64,000 nucleotides of DNA from Candidatus Saccharibacteria bacterium UBA1050 (GTDB lineage: Bacteria > Patescibacteriota > Saccharimonadia > Saccharimonadales > Saccharimonadaceae), in assembly GCA_002316545.1 (NCBI GenBank), contig DCDR01000002.1, positions 18,248 to 82,247 of the forward strand, in the 5' to 3' direction. Below the pieces are notes generated by a model. It did not search any database, had not been told where the DNA came from, and saw nothing but the letters and a program-made list of their open reading frames with translations. Position 1 is the stretch's first letter; each line of letters starts with the position of its first letter. Positions 17,692-27,210 of this stretch are shown piece after piece. A program made the position numbers and the translations under genes.

Positions 17692-18351
17692 CTATTGGTT
17701 AAAGCTAATTGTCTTGATGATCTTATCGAAGTCAGACTTGAAGGTATCTGCGTCGGTTTGAATAACTGCGGTTTTGTCACGAATTTTGAATAGCACAGCC
17801 GCGCCACGAATGTCGTCTGAAAAGTTGCCGTCGAGCCGCGTACCATTTTGACCATTGGCACTAAAAGAACGACTGCGCAAATCACCGTCTTCAACCAGAT
17901 TTGAATAATCGTCAACTACTTCGTTGTATTCTTTCTCGAGTATGCCTACCCGAAGGGCAAAACGCTGCTTAGGATTAACAGGTGGCACTGAGATTGGGTT
18001 TAGGTACGCTTCAAAGTCACCGCCATTGGTAATGTCACTCTCTACGTATACGCTCCACGTTTTCGGATAGCTAAAGCTTAGCTGGCCGTAATCGGCCGGA
18101 CCAGCGAACGTGCGGTTTGGTTCTTTCTCGCGTTCAGCGAATTTGGCTTCGTCTTTATCGGCCTGCACTTTTTCGGCTTCGGCTACTGCTGATGCGATTT
18201 TGGCATCGACGTTACTTTTTTGGTCGCGATAATTTACAAATGACCATACCGCAAGACCTGTCATGCCAATCATGCCAATAGTAAGAAGTACGATTGCTGT
18301 AATAATGCCGGCACTCATGCCGTGTTCGTGAGTTCGAGAAACTGGTATCAT
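17692..18351 (-). CDS. Membrane-anchored hypothetical protein
   Basis: The track ORF is trimmed to ATG 18351 (MIPVSRTHEHGMSAGIITAIVLLTIGMIGMTGL) to avoid overlap with the upstream methyltransferase. It has a single TM helix and an ectodomain. Confidence 0.6.
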   Translation of the reverse strand: MIPVSRTHEHGMSAGIITAIVLLTIGMIGMTGLAVWSFVNYRDQKSNVDAKIASAVAEAEKVQADKDEAKFAEREKEPNRTFAGPADYGQLSFSYPKTWSVYVESDITNGGDFEAYLNPISVPPVNPKQRFALRVGILEKEYNEVVDDYSNLVEDGDLRSRSFSANGQNGTRLDGNFSDDIRGAAVLFKIRDKTAVIQTDADTFKSDFDKIIKTISFNQ

Positions 18352-18373
18352 GCGGTCATTATACTTGTGCTTT

Positions 18374-18883
18374 TTACTTCTGTAAAGGACTGAACTTGTA
18401 GAGAAAATGTGTTTTGGTTCTGGCAAGCTGCTTAGCACCGGGAATTTCAAAGCCATAGCTCATCACCTGCACATCGTGGCCAAGCCGGTTTACTTCAGAC
18501 TGAATTTTTCTGCTCATGCGTGCAATGTCGCGCGATTCACCAAACACATACACGAGCGTCGTACTGGTAGGAAAATTAAATCGCCACAAATTCGCCAGCT
18601 GTATATGCACCAGCAAGTCGCCTCGTGATAGCCATTTACTTATGAGTACCAGTATCGGGTTAATTTCGATACCTACTGCCCTACCGCCGCGCCTGGCAAC
18701 TTCGCGCAGTACAATCCCATCACCCGAACCTATATCTAATACCAAATCTTTTTTCGAGATAGGATACAACGCATCAAACGCATCGCTAAGATCTTTTGGT
18801 TTGCTTGGCACATATGGCGCACCCACGGCCACAACTGCTGCGAATACCAGTGCTATCGCGAAAACTATCCAAAGTAAAATCAT
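18374..18883 (-). CDS. Class I SAM-dependent methyltransferase with an N-terminal TM helix
   Basis: Motif I VLDIGSGDGIVLREVARRGGRAVGIEINP. Confidence 0.7.
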   Translation of the reverse strand: MILLWIVFAIALVFAAVVAVGAPYVPSKPKDLSDAFDALYPISKKDLVLDIGSGDGIVLREVARRGGRAVGIEINPILVLISKWLSRGDLLVHIQLANLWRFNFPTSTTLVYVFGESRDIARMSRKIQSEVNRLGHDVQVMSYGFEIPGAKQLARTKTHFLYKFSPLQK

Positions 18884-19077
18884 GAATCGAATGATTGTTT
18901 CAGCACGTTAACGGTGTTTTTTAGTTTTGCTAAATCTTCTTCAATTTCTTTTGCGAGTTTGCTGGCTTCAGTAAATTTGGCCGACGCGGTCTCTAGCTGG
19001 AATTCATCACTTTCAAACCACGCGACGAGAGCCCGTAGCTCAGTCATTTTATCCTCAATTGTTGATGCTTTTGACAT
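18880..19077 (-). CDS. xseB: Exodeoxyribonuclease VII small subunit
   Basis: 65-aa helical protein immediately downstream of and overlapping xseA, with the typical L..LV..FE....L..A...F..A..L pattern. Confidence 0.8.
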   Translation of the reverse strand: MSKASTIEDKMTELRALVAWFESDEFQLETASAKFTEASKLAKEIEEDLAKLKNTVNVLKQSFDS

Positions 19078-20158
19078 TGGTTACCTCCGCTGTAATATGT
19101 TTGGTTAGTTGTTCAATCTCTATATGCTGTCCTACTTCAATTTTACCGCGAACGATACTATAGCCACGCGCCAAAACTGCTCTCGGATCCAGCTGTGCCA
19201 GAACTCGCTCGAGGGTGTTTCGTTCATTCTCGGCTAGTTCAATGCGCGAATGAAACACCTGCATGCTCGCCTCAAGTACTTGTCGCAATTGCTGTTGTTC
19301 GAGTTCAATGGCGTGCTCTACAGTCGGGATGATACCTCGCACCAAGTGGCGTACCTGCTGCACTATTTCACGTTTGTCTGGCACAAGAATCTGCGCGGCA
19401 TTACTCGGGGTTGCCCCACGCACGTCAGCAGCTAAATCAACCAAACTTTCGTCTGTTTCGTGGCCAATACCAGTAAGCACTGGAATACGACTTGCCGCCA
19501 CCTCGCGAACTAACAATTCATCGTTGAACGAACTTAAATCATCGGCGCTTCCACCACCACGAATCAGTACTAGCACATCAGCCAGCTCTTCCTGTGTGTT
19601 GAAATACTTGATGGCGCGAATCATTTGGTCGGCAGCAACCTCGCCCTGTACTTGCACATGAGCTACTTCGATATGTAAGCCACCAAATCTATCGTCGAGA
19701 ATTTTTATAAAGTCTGCATAGCCTGCTGCCTGAGTGCTACTTACTACTGCAATGTGCTTTGGCAGAGGCGGTAATGTTCGCTTGCGCTCTAAAGCAAACA
19801 AGCCTTCTTTTTCAAGCTTTGCCTTTAGTAGCTCAAAGCTTTTTTTCAAACTTCCCTCGCCACTTGGACGAATGGCCCGCACGGTGAGGCTAAATTTGCC
19901 CCAGTTAGTCAGTTTAGGCGTCGCCGTAACAATCACCCTCATACCGTCTTCAATTGGTTGTCGAAGCTGCCAAATGGTCATAAAGCAGCCTACGCTCGAG
20001 TTATCGTCTTTTACATCGAAGAAGACAAATTTTTGCTGATTTACTTTAAAGCTCGACACCTCACCTTCAACCTCGACGCTGGGGTAGGCATACTCGAGCG
20101 TCTGATTAGTTAGTGCGACAAAGTCGCTAACGCTTAATCGGACTGTTTCCTTTTCCAT
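19055..20158 (-). CDS. xseA: Exodeoxyribonuclease VII large subunit
   Basis: Trimmed to ATG 20158 (MEKETVRLSVSDFVALTNQTLE..VEGEVSSFKV). It has an OB-fold N-terminus, the GGGS motif (LIRGGGSADDL) and a coiled-coil C-terminus. Confidence 0.85.
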   Translation of the reverse strand: MEKETVRLSVSDFVALTNQTLEYAYPSVEVEGEVSSFKVNQQKFVFFDVKDDNSSVGCFMTIWQLRQPIEDGMRVIVTATPKLTNWGKFSLTVRAIRPSGEGSLKKSFELLKAKLEKEGLFALERKRTLPPLPKHIAVVSSTQAAGYADFIKILDDRFGGLHIEVAHVQVQGEVAADQMIRAIKYFNTQEELADVLVLIRGGGSADDLSSFNDELLVREVAASRIPVLTGIGHETDESLVDLAADVRGATPSNAAQILVPDKREIVQQVRHLVRGIIPTVEHAIELEQQQLRQVLEASMQVFHSRIELAENERNTLERVLAQLDPRAVLARGYSIVRGKIEVGQHIEIEQLTKHITAEVTNVKSINN

Positions 20159-21179
20159 ATCTAAATACTGCGTGTTGATAGAACAAATAACCAAGCGCTA
20201 TGGTAGTAAACAAAATCACCACACGCGCCAATATGATACCAGCAATTGCTACGCCCGAGCTGATACCTGCGATTGCGAGAAATGTCACCATAATCGCTTC
20301 GTAAGCCCCTGCTCCACCCGGCGTAACCACGATAAACCCAGCGATAGAAGCCAACACATAGGCTATGAGTACCGGCGCGAAGTTTACATTTTGGCCAAGT
20401 GCCCAAAATGTTACGGCGAACAAGCTCGCATCTGCCAATGTAAATACCACCGCCCACCAAAATGGTTGTCGCAAAATACGTCGGTCTCGCTTCAGGCTAT
20501 TGTATTCGTCGTGAATATCAGTAAAAAATTCGAGCACCTTCGCTTCACGCAATACCACGCGCTTTTTTCCACGCGTTAATCGTGAGGCATAGTGGTTCAC
20601 CCTTTTGCTTAGCCAAGCGGACAAATCTTCCATACGCTGTTTGCTGTTTACCAAATACACTAGGCCAATGGTGCCAAAACCCATAATCGACACGATGCCA
20701 GCGCTAATAAGAATAATCCAACGGTTGATATTGCCGTCTACCGTAACAGCGAATACCGCGAGCGCCACCAACACCATGGCAGCGAGCAAGCCCATGGCGT
20801 ACCGAACTGCTTGCGCAGCCGTTGCTCTACCCGGGCTAACACCGTATTTGCCCAAGCGCCAGCTCATGTACGAAATACCGCTTACCCCTCCGCTTGGCAA
20901 TACGTGGTTTACAAAATTCATTTCAAGCGCCATTCGCATTTGCGTAACACGTTTTACTTTGCTAATCGCATCTTTAGAACGAAGGTAGCTGAATATCATT
21001 TCACCCGCCGCATAGTACGCGATTAGCTGCAGCGGAAAAAGAAGCGCCAAGATCCAAAGATTAACACTACCGAGCAGGTGCCACGCTTGTACAATCTCAT
21101 CGCGAGCCAAGAATACTATGACACCCAACAGTATCAAAGTAACCGCACTAATCCAACCTCTAAGCGACATATCTTTCAT
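20127..21179 (-). CDS. Flippase-like / LPG-synthase-TM (UPF0104) family membrane protein
   Basis: About 350 aa with about 8 hydrophobic helices. ATG 21179 has GGGAGG 9 nt upstream. The family call rests on general architecture only. Confidence 0.4.
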   Translation of the reverse strand: MKDMSLRGWISAVTLILLGVIVFLARDEIVQAWHLLGSVNLWILALLFPLQLIAYYAAGEMIFSYLRSKDAISKVKRVTQMRMALEMNFVNHVLPSGGVSGISYMSWRLGKYGVSPGRATAAQAVRYAMGLLAAMVLVALAVFAVTVDGNINRWIILISAGIVSIMGFGTIGLVYLVNSKQRMEDLSAWLSKRVNHYASRLTRGKKRVVLREAKVLEFFTDIHDEYNSLKRDRRILRQPFWWAVVFTLADASLFAVTFWALGQNVNFAPVLIAYVLASIAGFIVVTPGGAGAYEAIMVTFLAIAGISSGVAIAGIILARVVILFTTIALGYLFYQHAVFRYGKGNSPIKR

Positions 21180-21218
21180 TATACATTGCCTCCCTGTTTG
21201 CCGTATACTACTAGTAGT

Positions 21219-22373
21219 ATGCAAATCGCGATTTTAGGACGACAACCTGCACTAGGCCTGGCTGAGCTTGAGCAAGTTTTTGGTGCGCAAACAATTGAAC
21301 CATTCGCCGAGCAATTTGCTTTTGTCGATGCCGACATGAGCCTAGAGCGCCTAGGTGGCACGACTAAGGTAGCAAAACACCTTACGACCCTGCCAACAGC
21401 CAACCCACAAAAAGTGTTCGATTACTGCCGGCGAGAGCTTCCCAAGCACCTGCAGTACGTCCCCGAGGGTAAGCTAAAGCTTGGCATGAGCCTGTATGGT
21501 TTCGACATGCCGGTAGATCGTATCAACGCCAACATGCTTTCGCTAAAAAAAGTCGTGAAGAACGCTGGTCGGTCAGTGCGAGTTGTTCCAAACACGCACG
21601 CCGAGCTCTCGAGCGCACAAACCTACCACAATTCGCTCACTTCACCGCTTGGCATGGAGCTAATAGCTATTAAAGCTGGCAATGAAACAGTACTTGGGCA
21701 AGTTACTCAGGTGCAAGACTTCGAGGCGTTTGCCGCTCGCGACCAAGCACGGCCAAAAACTGACGCTTTTGTAGGCATGCTTCCACCTAAGTTAGCTTTG
21801 ATGATGACGAATATGTATGGAGCACAAAAAGGTCGTGTGCTCGACCCGTTCTGTGGCACTGGTGTTGTGCTGCAGGAAGCCGCTCTGCTGGGACACGACG
21901 TATATGGTACTGATTTGGCTGAAAAAATGGTTCGCTACAGCGAGATAAATATGAAATGGCTCAAACAAAAGTATGCGCTTTCAACGAATGTCACCCTGGA
22001 AGAAGCCGATGCCATGACAGCGAGCTGGGAGCAGCCAATTGATGCAGTGGTGGCCGAGACCTACCTCGGACAACCGTTTTCTGCCCCACCATCAAGTATG
22101 AAGCTTAAAGAAGTTCGAGGTAACTGCAACCATATCATTTCGAATTTTCTTAAAAACATTGCAGGCCAACTTGTACCAGGCACGCCGCTATGCCTTGCGG
22201 TGCCCGCCTGGCGTGATGCGAGGGGCACTTTTACTCATTTGCCTCTAATTGAGAATCTCGAAGCTCTTGGTTTCAGCGAGCAAACACTTACTCATGTAAG
22301 TGCACGTGAACTTCTGTATTTTCGTGAAGACCAAATAGTTGCCCGGCAGCTACTGGTTCTTACAAAAATCTAA
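21219..22373 (+). CDS. Putative RNA (guanine-N2/adenine-N6-type) methyltransferase, UPF0020/Trm11-like
   Basis: Trimmed to ATG 21219 (MQIAILGRQPALGLAELE). The SAM motif VLDPFCGTGVVLQEAALLGHDVYGTDL is present. TATACT at 21204-21209 ends 10 nt upstream of the ATG. Confidence 0.55.
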   Translation: MQIAILGRQPALGLAELEQVFGAQTIEPFAEQFAFVDADMSLERLGGTTKVAKHLTTLPTANPQKVFDYCRRELPKHLQYVPEGKLKLGMSLYGFDMPVDRINANMLSLKKVVKNAGRSVRVVPNTHAELSSAQTYHNSLTSPLGMELIAIKAGNETVLGQVTQVQDFEAFAARDQARPKTDAFVGMLPPKLALMMTNMYGAQKGRVLDPFCGTGVVLQEAALLGHDVYGTDLAEKMVRYSEINMKWLKQKYALSTNVTLEEADAMTASWEQPIDAVVAETYLGQPFSAPPSSMKLKEVRGNCNHIISNFLKNIAGQLVPGTPLCLAVPAWRDARGTFTHLPLIENLEALGFSEQTLTHVSARELLYFREDQIVARQLLVLTKI

Positions 22374-22386
22374 GCCGCCTCACCTC

Positions 22387-22415
22387 TTGCAAAAACAACA
22401 AAACTTTAGTACAAT
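22387..22415 (+). promoter_or_regulatory. Sigma-70-type promoter of rpmA (TTGCAA-17-TACAAT)
   Basis: TTGCAA at 22387-22392, a 17-nt spacer and TACAAT at 22410-22415. An AAGGAG Shine-Dalgarno sequence lies upstream of ATG 22456. Confidence 0.6.
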
Positions 22416-22455
22416 TGTACAGATTGATTAATAGCAACCTAAGGAGTAAGCAGCT

Positions 22456-22728
22456 ATGTCACATGTCAAAGCTGGTGGTTCAAGTAAGAACATCCACAAC
22501 AATGCTGGTGCACGCCTCGGCGTGAAGCGTTTTGGTGGCCAAAAAGTCTCTGAAGGCGAAGTATTAGTACGCCAAACTGGCAGCACCAAAGTTGCAGGCC
22601 CTGGCACCTTTATGAGTCGCAACTTCACTATTCATGCTGCTCAAGACGGCACTGTTGCCTTCAAGAAGGTAAAAGTACGTCGCTTTACTGGCAAAACCGC
22701 CCCTCGTACTCAAGTAGTAGTCGAGTAA
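22456..22728 (+). CDS. rpmA: 50S ribosomal protein L27
   Basis: MSHVKAGGSSKN..GARLGVKRFGGQKV..G.VLVRQTGSTK matches the L27 consensus. Confidence 0.9.
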   Translation: MSHVKAGGSSKNIHNNAGARLGVKRFGGQKVSEGEVLVRQTGSTKVAGPGTFMSRNFTIHAAQDGTVAFKKVKVRRFTGKTAPRTQVVVE

Positions 22729-22743
22729 ACTAGTTTTTATACG

Positions 22744-22770
22744 AAATCGCCTCCATCGGAGGCGATTTTA
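22744..22770. terminator. Bidirectional intrinsic terminator between rpmA and the convergent gene
   Basis: AAATCGCCTCC (22744-22754), loop ATC, GGAGGCGATTT (22758-22768), with flanking A/T runs. Confidence 0.75.
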
Positions 22771-22786
22771 GTTGCAGCAATTTCGA

Positions 22787-23074
22787 TTATTCTTCGGCGG
22801 TATCGGCGTCTAAACGGTCTTCAAGTGATGCCCGCCCCGTTTTATCATCGAATTCGGGCTCACCCATAAGTGTTAGTGCCGGGTCGCCTACTGCGACAAC
22901 CGTGCCCAGTACACCATCTTCTGACACAAAGCGATAGCGAACAGCATTGCCTTCAGCATCTCGCATTACATCAATCACGTAGCCTGCCACGTCTGCACCA
23001 TCATGAGTTAAAATAGCTGGCACGCCTTCTGGCTGTTCGGTATGTTCATGTGACTCAAGTGGAAATTCTGACAT
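22787..23074 (-). CDS. Small acidic hypothetical protein
   Basis: 95-aa ORF rich in D/E. No motif recognised. Confidence 0.5.
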   Translation of the reverse strand: MSEFPLESHEHTEQPEGVPAILTHDGADVAGYVIDVMRDAEGNAVRYRFVSEDGVLGTVVAVGDPALTLMGEPEFDDKTGRASLEDRLDADTAEE

Positions 23075-23154
23075 ATTTTTTCGTTTCTTCAGTGTGCGTT
23101 ATTGCGATTTACTGACATTAGTTTTTGTTTTTAATCTCAAGTAGTTACTAATTA

Positions 23155-23178
23155 ATTATAGCAATAAATTGCTATAAT
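23155..23178. promoter_or_regulatory. 24-bp perfect palindrome containing two divergent TATAAT boxes (candidate operator and bidirectional promoter)
   Basis: ATTATAGCAAT (23155-23165), AA, ATTGCTATAAT (23168-23178). It reads TATAAT on the plus strand at 23173-23178 and on the minus strand at 23160-23155. Confidence 0.5.
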
Positions 23179-23308
23179 GTCAATATGCTCATGCTTTTCT
23201 GCGCTCAGGCATCTTCAAGTGCTAGCGCAAGGCCCGCAACAAACCCAAGCTCACTCGCTCGCGGTGGCAAAATAACCAGGGGCTGTACTTCAACCCAGCC
23301 GTGGTCAA

Positions 23309-23329
23309 GAAAAAACGTGCCTTGCACGT
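23309..23329 (-). terminator. Candidate intrinsic terminator downstream of the receiver-domain gene
   Basis: Minus strand: ACGTGC AAG GCACGT followed by TTTTTC. The 6-bp stem makes this only moderately strong. Confidence 0.45.
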
Positions 23330-23395
23330 CATCAAATTCAGTACTCATTAGCTATATAATAGCATAAACTTATTTGTTATGCCAGTTCGTTTCGT

Positions 23396-23776
23396 CTATT
23401 TGATACCGAGGTGGTGCTTCACGCGTGCTACGACGTCACCTATTACTACCTGTGATTTTACCAAGTAATCGTCGGCACCGAGCTCTTCGGCTCGCTGCTT
23501 GTCTTTTGGCTGGCTCAGAGCGGTCAACATCACTACGCGAATATTGGTAGTTTCAGGGGTATTTCGTAATATATCGAGCACATCAAAGCCACTAATTTTC
23601 GGCATCATCGCATCGAGCAAAATCAAGTCAGGCTTGTACTCCATAGCTGTTGATAGCGCATCTTCGCCGTTGGCGACTACTTTAACTTCGAAGCCTTCAA
23701 GGTCAAGTCGTGAACGATATACCTCGCTCAGTGTTTCATCGTCTTCAACGAGCAAAATACGTTTTTTGTCGGTCAT
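23396..23776 (-). CDS. Stand-alone response-regulator receiver domain protein (CheY/DivK-like)
   Basis: 126 aa; ILLVEDDETL.., DLILLDAMMP, no output domain. Confidence 0.8.
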   Translation of the reverse strand: MTDKKRILLVEDDETLSEVYRSRLDLEGFEVKVVANGEDALSTAMEYKPDLILLDAMMPKISGFDVLDILRNTPETTNIRVVMLTALSQPKDKQRAEELGADDYLVKSQVVIGDVVARVKHHLGIK

Positions 23777-23819
23777 ATAGCTCTATACTACCTCGATTAT
23801 TGACAAAGCACAACCTTTA

Positions 23820-24998
23820 TCACACCGCGAGTTCTTTTAGAGCTCTCTCGAGTTGTGGATCGCGGTTATTATCGACGTCCTTTTGCGTTAAATCGACCGA
23901 AATATTTGGCTTGATGCCCGATTTCGTGATGTTATTGCCCTTCGGCGTAAACCACCGTGTAATAGTGACTTTCAACTGTGCTCCGTTTCGAAGCGGCACG
24001 ATTTCTTGCACAGTACCTTTTCCGAAGGTACGCTCGCCTATCAGCTGCGCCGCGTTGTAATCTTTCATGGCACCGGCAACTATTTCCGCCGCACTAGCAG
24101 TGCTTCCATTTACCAGTACAGCCGTTGGGATATTTTTCAATATAGGGTCGCCCTCGGCGCGTAATTCTTGGTCGCTCGTATTATTATGAGTAGTCACTAC
24201 CACCTTGTCGTCCAGCCATAAGCCTGCAACGCGTGGCGCTGCATCAAGGAAGCCGCCGCCATTTCCACGTAGGTCGAGTACGACTGCTTTAACTCGCTTT
24301 GATACGAATTTTTCAGCCGCGCGCCTGGTTAAATCTGAGGTATCATTGTCGAAACGCGTAACGGTGAGTATGCCGACGCCGTTTTGTATTTTGCTCTGCA
24401 CGCTCGGGTTATTTACCTCTGCACGAGTAATGGAGAACTTCTTGGTCTCATTGCCACGACGCACAGTAACCTTTACCGTTGTGCCGATTTCACCTCGTAT
24501 TACCTTCACCGTGCTATCCGCATCCCAGTCTATAGTTACTTCATCGTTTACCGCGATAATCACGTCACCGGCGTGGATACCAGCTTTTTGCGCGGGGTTC
24601 TCAGGTAGTGTACGTATAACCGTTGGCTGCCCCTTGCGAATACCAATCTCGGCGCCGATACCACCACCAATGTCGCCACTCAAATCTTTTTCGAACTCTT
24701 TAGCCTCTTTAGCGCTCATGTAAATCGTGTAGGGGTCGTTGGCGGCCTCTATAAGCCCTCGGCTCGCACCTTCAAGCAACTTATCACGATCTAGCTTGCC
24801 GTTGAAGTGTGAAATGAGCTGGCTGTAGGTAAATTCAACATCGCTGAGATTCAGTTTGTCATCAACCTTCACCCCTACCGCAGGAGCAAGAGCACGGTAC
24901 AGTTCGTCGCTACGTGTACCAGCGATAAAGCCAAGTGCTAGCACCAGCAGTACACCGAACGCGAGCGTTAGTTTTGTTAGTTCTACCCTATTATTCAC
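23820..24998 (-). CDS. S41 carboxy-terminal processing protease
   Basis: LDLRGNGGGFLD and LVNGSTASAAEIVAGAMKD motifs plus a PDZ region. The track start at 25082 overlaps the upstream gene. GTG 24998 (VNNRVELTKLTLAFGVLLV) lies 8 nt after TGgTATACT (25014-25006). The start remains uncertain. Confidence 0.8.
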   Translation of the reverse strand: MNNRVELTKLTLAFGVLLVLALGFIAGTRSDELYRALAPAVGVKVDDKLNLSDVEFTYSQLISHFNGKLDRDKLLEGASRGLIEAANDPYTIYMSAKEAKEFEKDLSGDIGGGIGAEIGIRKGQPTVIRTLPENPAQKAGIHAGDVIIAVNDEVTIDWDADSTVKVIRGEIGTTVKVTVRRGNETKKFSITRAEVNNPSVQSKIQNGVGILTVTRFDNDTSDLTRRAAEKFVSKRVKAVVLDLRGNGGGFLDAAPRVAGLWLDDKVVVTTHNNTSDQELRAEGDPILKNIPTAVLVNGSTASAAEIVAGAMKDYNAAQLIGERTFGKGTVQEIVPLRNGAQLKVTITRWFTPKGNNITKSGIKPNISVDLTQKDVDNNRDPQLERALKELAV

Positions 24999-25018
24999 TT
25001 GTTCTAGTATACCAATTA

Positions 25019-26185
25019 CTAGAAGTATATGTAAGTGTCGTATGTTGATGCAGAGACGCGCATTTCGCTGTAGTTGCCCCAACCTGGGCCACCCGCATTG
25101 TAGTAGTTGTATTGGCTAATGTTTACTGTGCCGTCGCCGTTGACACGCTCAACCCATACCACGTGACCGTATTGACCAGCCGAAATAACACCAACGGAGT
25201 GTGCACGCGGAGTCGAGCCTGTTGAGTAACCAGAAGCACGAGCGCTACCCGGCCACATGTTCGCATTACCCCAGTAGCGTGGGAAATTACCTGTTCGTTG
25301 ACCGACCTTCCAAGCGGTATAGCTTACACACTGACGACAGCCGTATCCGAGCGGATCAGCACCAGATGACAGTGCATTTGCATCAACGTAGCAGCCTGCT
25401 TGCCATGGGTAACCACCTTTGTTTGGGTCACCAGGAAGGAAGGTACCGCCACCGCCTGCGTTCATTGCAGCTTCAATCGCTGCCTGTTGTGCACGCTGTA
25501 CTTCTAGCTTTTCTCGTTCTGCTTTAGCAGATAGGTTTTGGAAGACGCTTTCTCGACCACGAACCTTCGCAATCAAGTTAGCTTTTTCGTTCTCTTTTTC
25601 TTGTAAGGCATTGCGCGCTAGGGTTTGCTGAGCGAGTTCACGTTCAACCGCTTTCTTTTGCGCCTCTAGCTTCTTCTTTAAGGCATTAATTCGGTCGATC
25701 GTCTGGGTTAGCGTATCTTGGATTGACTCACGATACGCCTGCTTGTCGACATAGTCACCAATATTCTTGCTACTTGCTAGCAGTTCAAGTGGCGTGATGT
25801 TGTCGTCGACATACATATCGGCAATAATAATGCCCAACGCTTCTTTGTTTTCTTCAATTTTTCGCTGATTTTCTTCGATTTGCTGTTGCAGCTTATCGGC
25901 CTTAGCCTGTGAAATATCAATCTGGGCCTGAATTTGAGCTTTTTCGTTGTTGAGCTTCGCGAGTTGGTTTTCGTAGGTTTGACGTTCTTTGCTCAGCTTG
26001 CCCGCCTGAGAATTGTACGCATCAATCTGCTTTTGCAAAGCAGCGATTTGTTCGTCATATTTATCTGCTTTCACCTGAGGAGCAATTGCGATAGGCGCTG
26101 CAATCATCATAAGTATGGAAGCGGCCACTAGCGCTGCACGAGTGGCGAAAGAGGTTGAAACCGGTGTGGTGGACCGCTGTTTCAT
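25019..26185 (-). CDS. Secreted coiled-coil + CHAP-domain peptidoglycan hydrolase (PcsB-like architecture)
   Basis: Trimmed to ATG 26185 (MKQRSTTPV.. signal peptide ..APQVKA). About 230 aa are heptad-rich coiled coil. The C-terminal CHAP domain has the Cys motif GCRQCVSYTAWKV and the His motif GQYGHVVWVERV. Confidence 0.75.
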   Translation of the reverse strand: MKQRSTTPVSTSFATRAALVAASILMMIAAPIAIAPQVKADKYDEQIAALQKQIDAYNSQAGKLSKERQTYENQLAKLNNEKAQIQAQIDISQAKADKLQQQIEENQRKIEENKEALGIIIADMYVDDNITPLELLASSKNIGDYVDKQAYRESIQDTLTQTIDRINALKKKLEAQKKAVERELAQQTLARNALQEKENEKANLIAKVRGRESVFQNLSAKAEREKLEVQRAQQAAIEAAMNAGGGGTFLPGDPNKGGYPWQAGCYVDANALSSGADPLGYGCRQCVSYTAWKVGQRTGNFPRYWGNANMWPGSARASGYSTGSTPRAHSVGVISAGQYGHVVWVERVNGDGTVNISQYNYYNAGGPGWGNYSEMRVSASTYDTYIYF

Positions 26186-26232
26186 ATAGATGTATTTTAC
26201 CATAAGCATTATTGTTTTGTCAATTTTTTTGT

Positions 26233-27210
26233 TTAAATTTTCAAATATCGTCGTGTTGCCAATAGCGACGAAACTACACCTATTATAGCACCAAGCAAAA
26301 TCATGCCAAGTAGTATAAAACCGATGTACGCCACGGCGTAATCTATCGTTGGACCAATCGCAATACCGTAATCGAGTAGTTTACTACGAGCTGAGAACAG
26401 CCCTAGCATGCCAAGACCTGTGGCAATAATCGCCGCGATAAACCCATACACTATTGCCTCTACGATAAAGGGACCTCGAATGAAACTCTTGTCGGCACCA
26501 ATAAGTTTCATCATTTCTATCTCGTCTTTCCGGTTGAAAATCGCCATACGAATGGTGTTGAATACGATGAGTGATGAAATCGCGATAAATACAATACTAC
26601 CGATCAAACCAGCGCGGTCGGCAAAAGTAACCGTACGAGCGATGTTTTGAATTGCGGTGCGACGCTCGCCCGCGAACGATGGCTTTCTATCTGGGTCGAT
26701 GTTCGCTTTCAGCGTTTCATTATTCTTTACAAAGTCATCAAGTTGTTTGGTGTCGTTGATATCCACAAGGCTCACACGAATCGTGCCGGGAAACTTATTA
26801 ACCGCCTCGTTGAGCGCACTCAATGTATCGGCATTTTTACCATTTTGCTTGGCGAAATCGGCACGGGCTTCTTCCGGTGATACGTAGGAAACATCAGTCA
26901 CACTCGATAGTTGCTTTAAATCGCTACGAATAGTTTCGACTGCACCGTCTTCAACATCGGTCTTCAGATAAATAGACATGTCCACTTTGTCACGAATATC
27001 TTCTACGGTAGTAACCAATGTACTTCGGGCTGCTAGGGTGGCGAATACTATGAGTAGCGTGATGGTCATAACTGCGGTCGCAGCTATCGTTAACCACGCA
27101 TTACGACTAAAGTTGTTTACGCCGTAGCGACACATGCGAATAAATGTCAGCCATTGGCGTCGTTTGCGCTTTTGCTGGGCAAAGGCTTTAGCGTCGAGCT
27201 TGCGTGCCAT
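26233..27210 (-). CDS. ftsX: Cell-division ABC permease-like protein FtsX
   Basis: 325 aa with TM1, a large extracytoplasmic loop and 3 C-terminal TM helices. It directly follows ftsE with a 1-nt overlap. Confidence 0.85.
   Translation of the reverse strand: MARKLDAKAFAQQKRKRRQWLTFIRMCRYGVNNFSRNAWLTIAATAVMTITLLIVFATLAARSTLVTTVEDIRDKVDMSIYLKTDVEDGAVETIRSDLKQLSSVTDVSYVSPEEARADFAKQNGKNADTLSALNEAVNKFPGTIRVSLVDINDTKQLDDFVKNNETLKANIDPDRKPSFAGERRTAIQNIARTVTFADRAGLIGSIVFIAISSLIVFNTIRMAIFNRKDEIEMMKLIGADKSFIRGPFIVEAIVYGFIAAIIATGLGMLGLFSARSKLLDYGIAIGPTIDYAVAYIGFILLGMILLGAIIGVVSSLLATRRYLKI

Noticed and set aside
23185-23367. A 60-aa plus-strand ORF and an antisense 49-aa minus-strand ORF (about 23200-23349), considered as possible small proteins or a toxin-antitoxin pair.
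   Set aside because: The plus-strand ORF has a Ser/Thr/Ala-rich, non-protein-like translation. The minus-strand ORF contains a terminator-like hairpin plus T-run in its coding sequence. Neither has a Shine-Dalgarno sequence. I treat the region as regulatory or noncoding.
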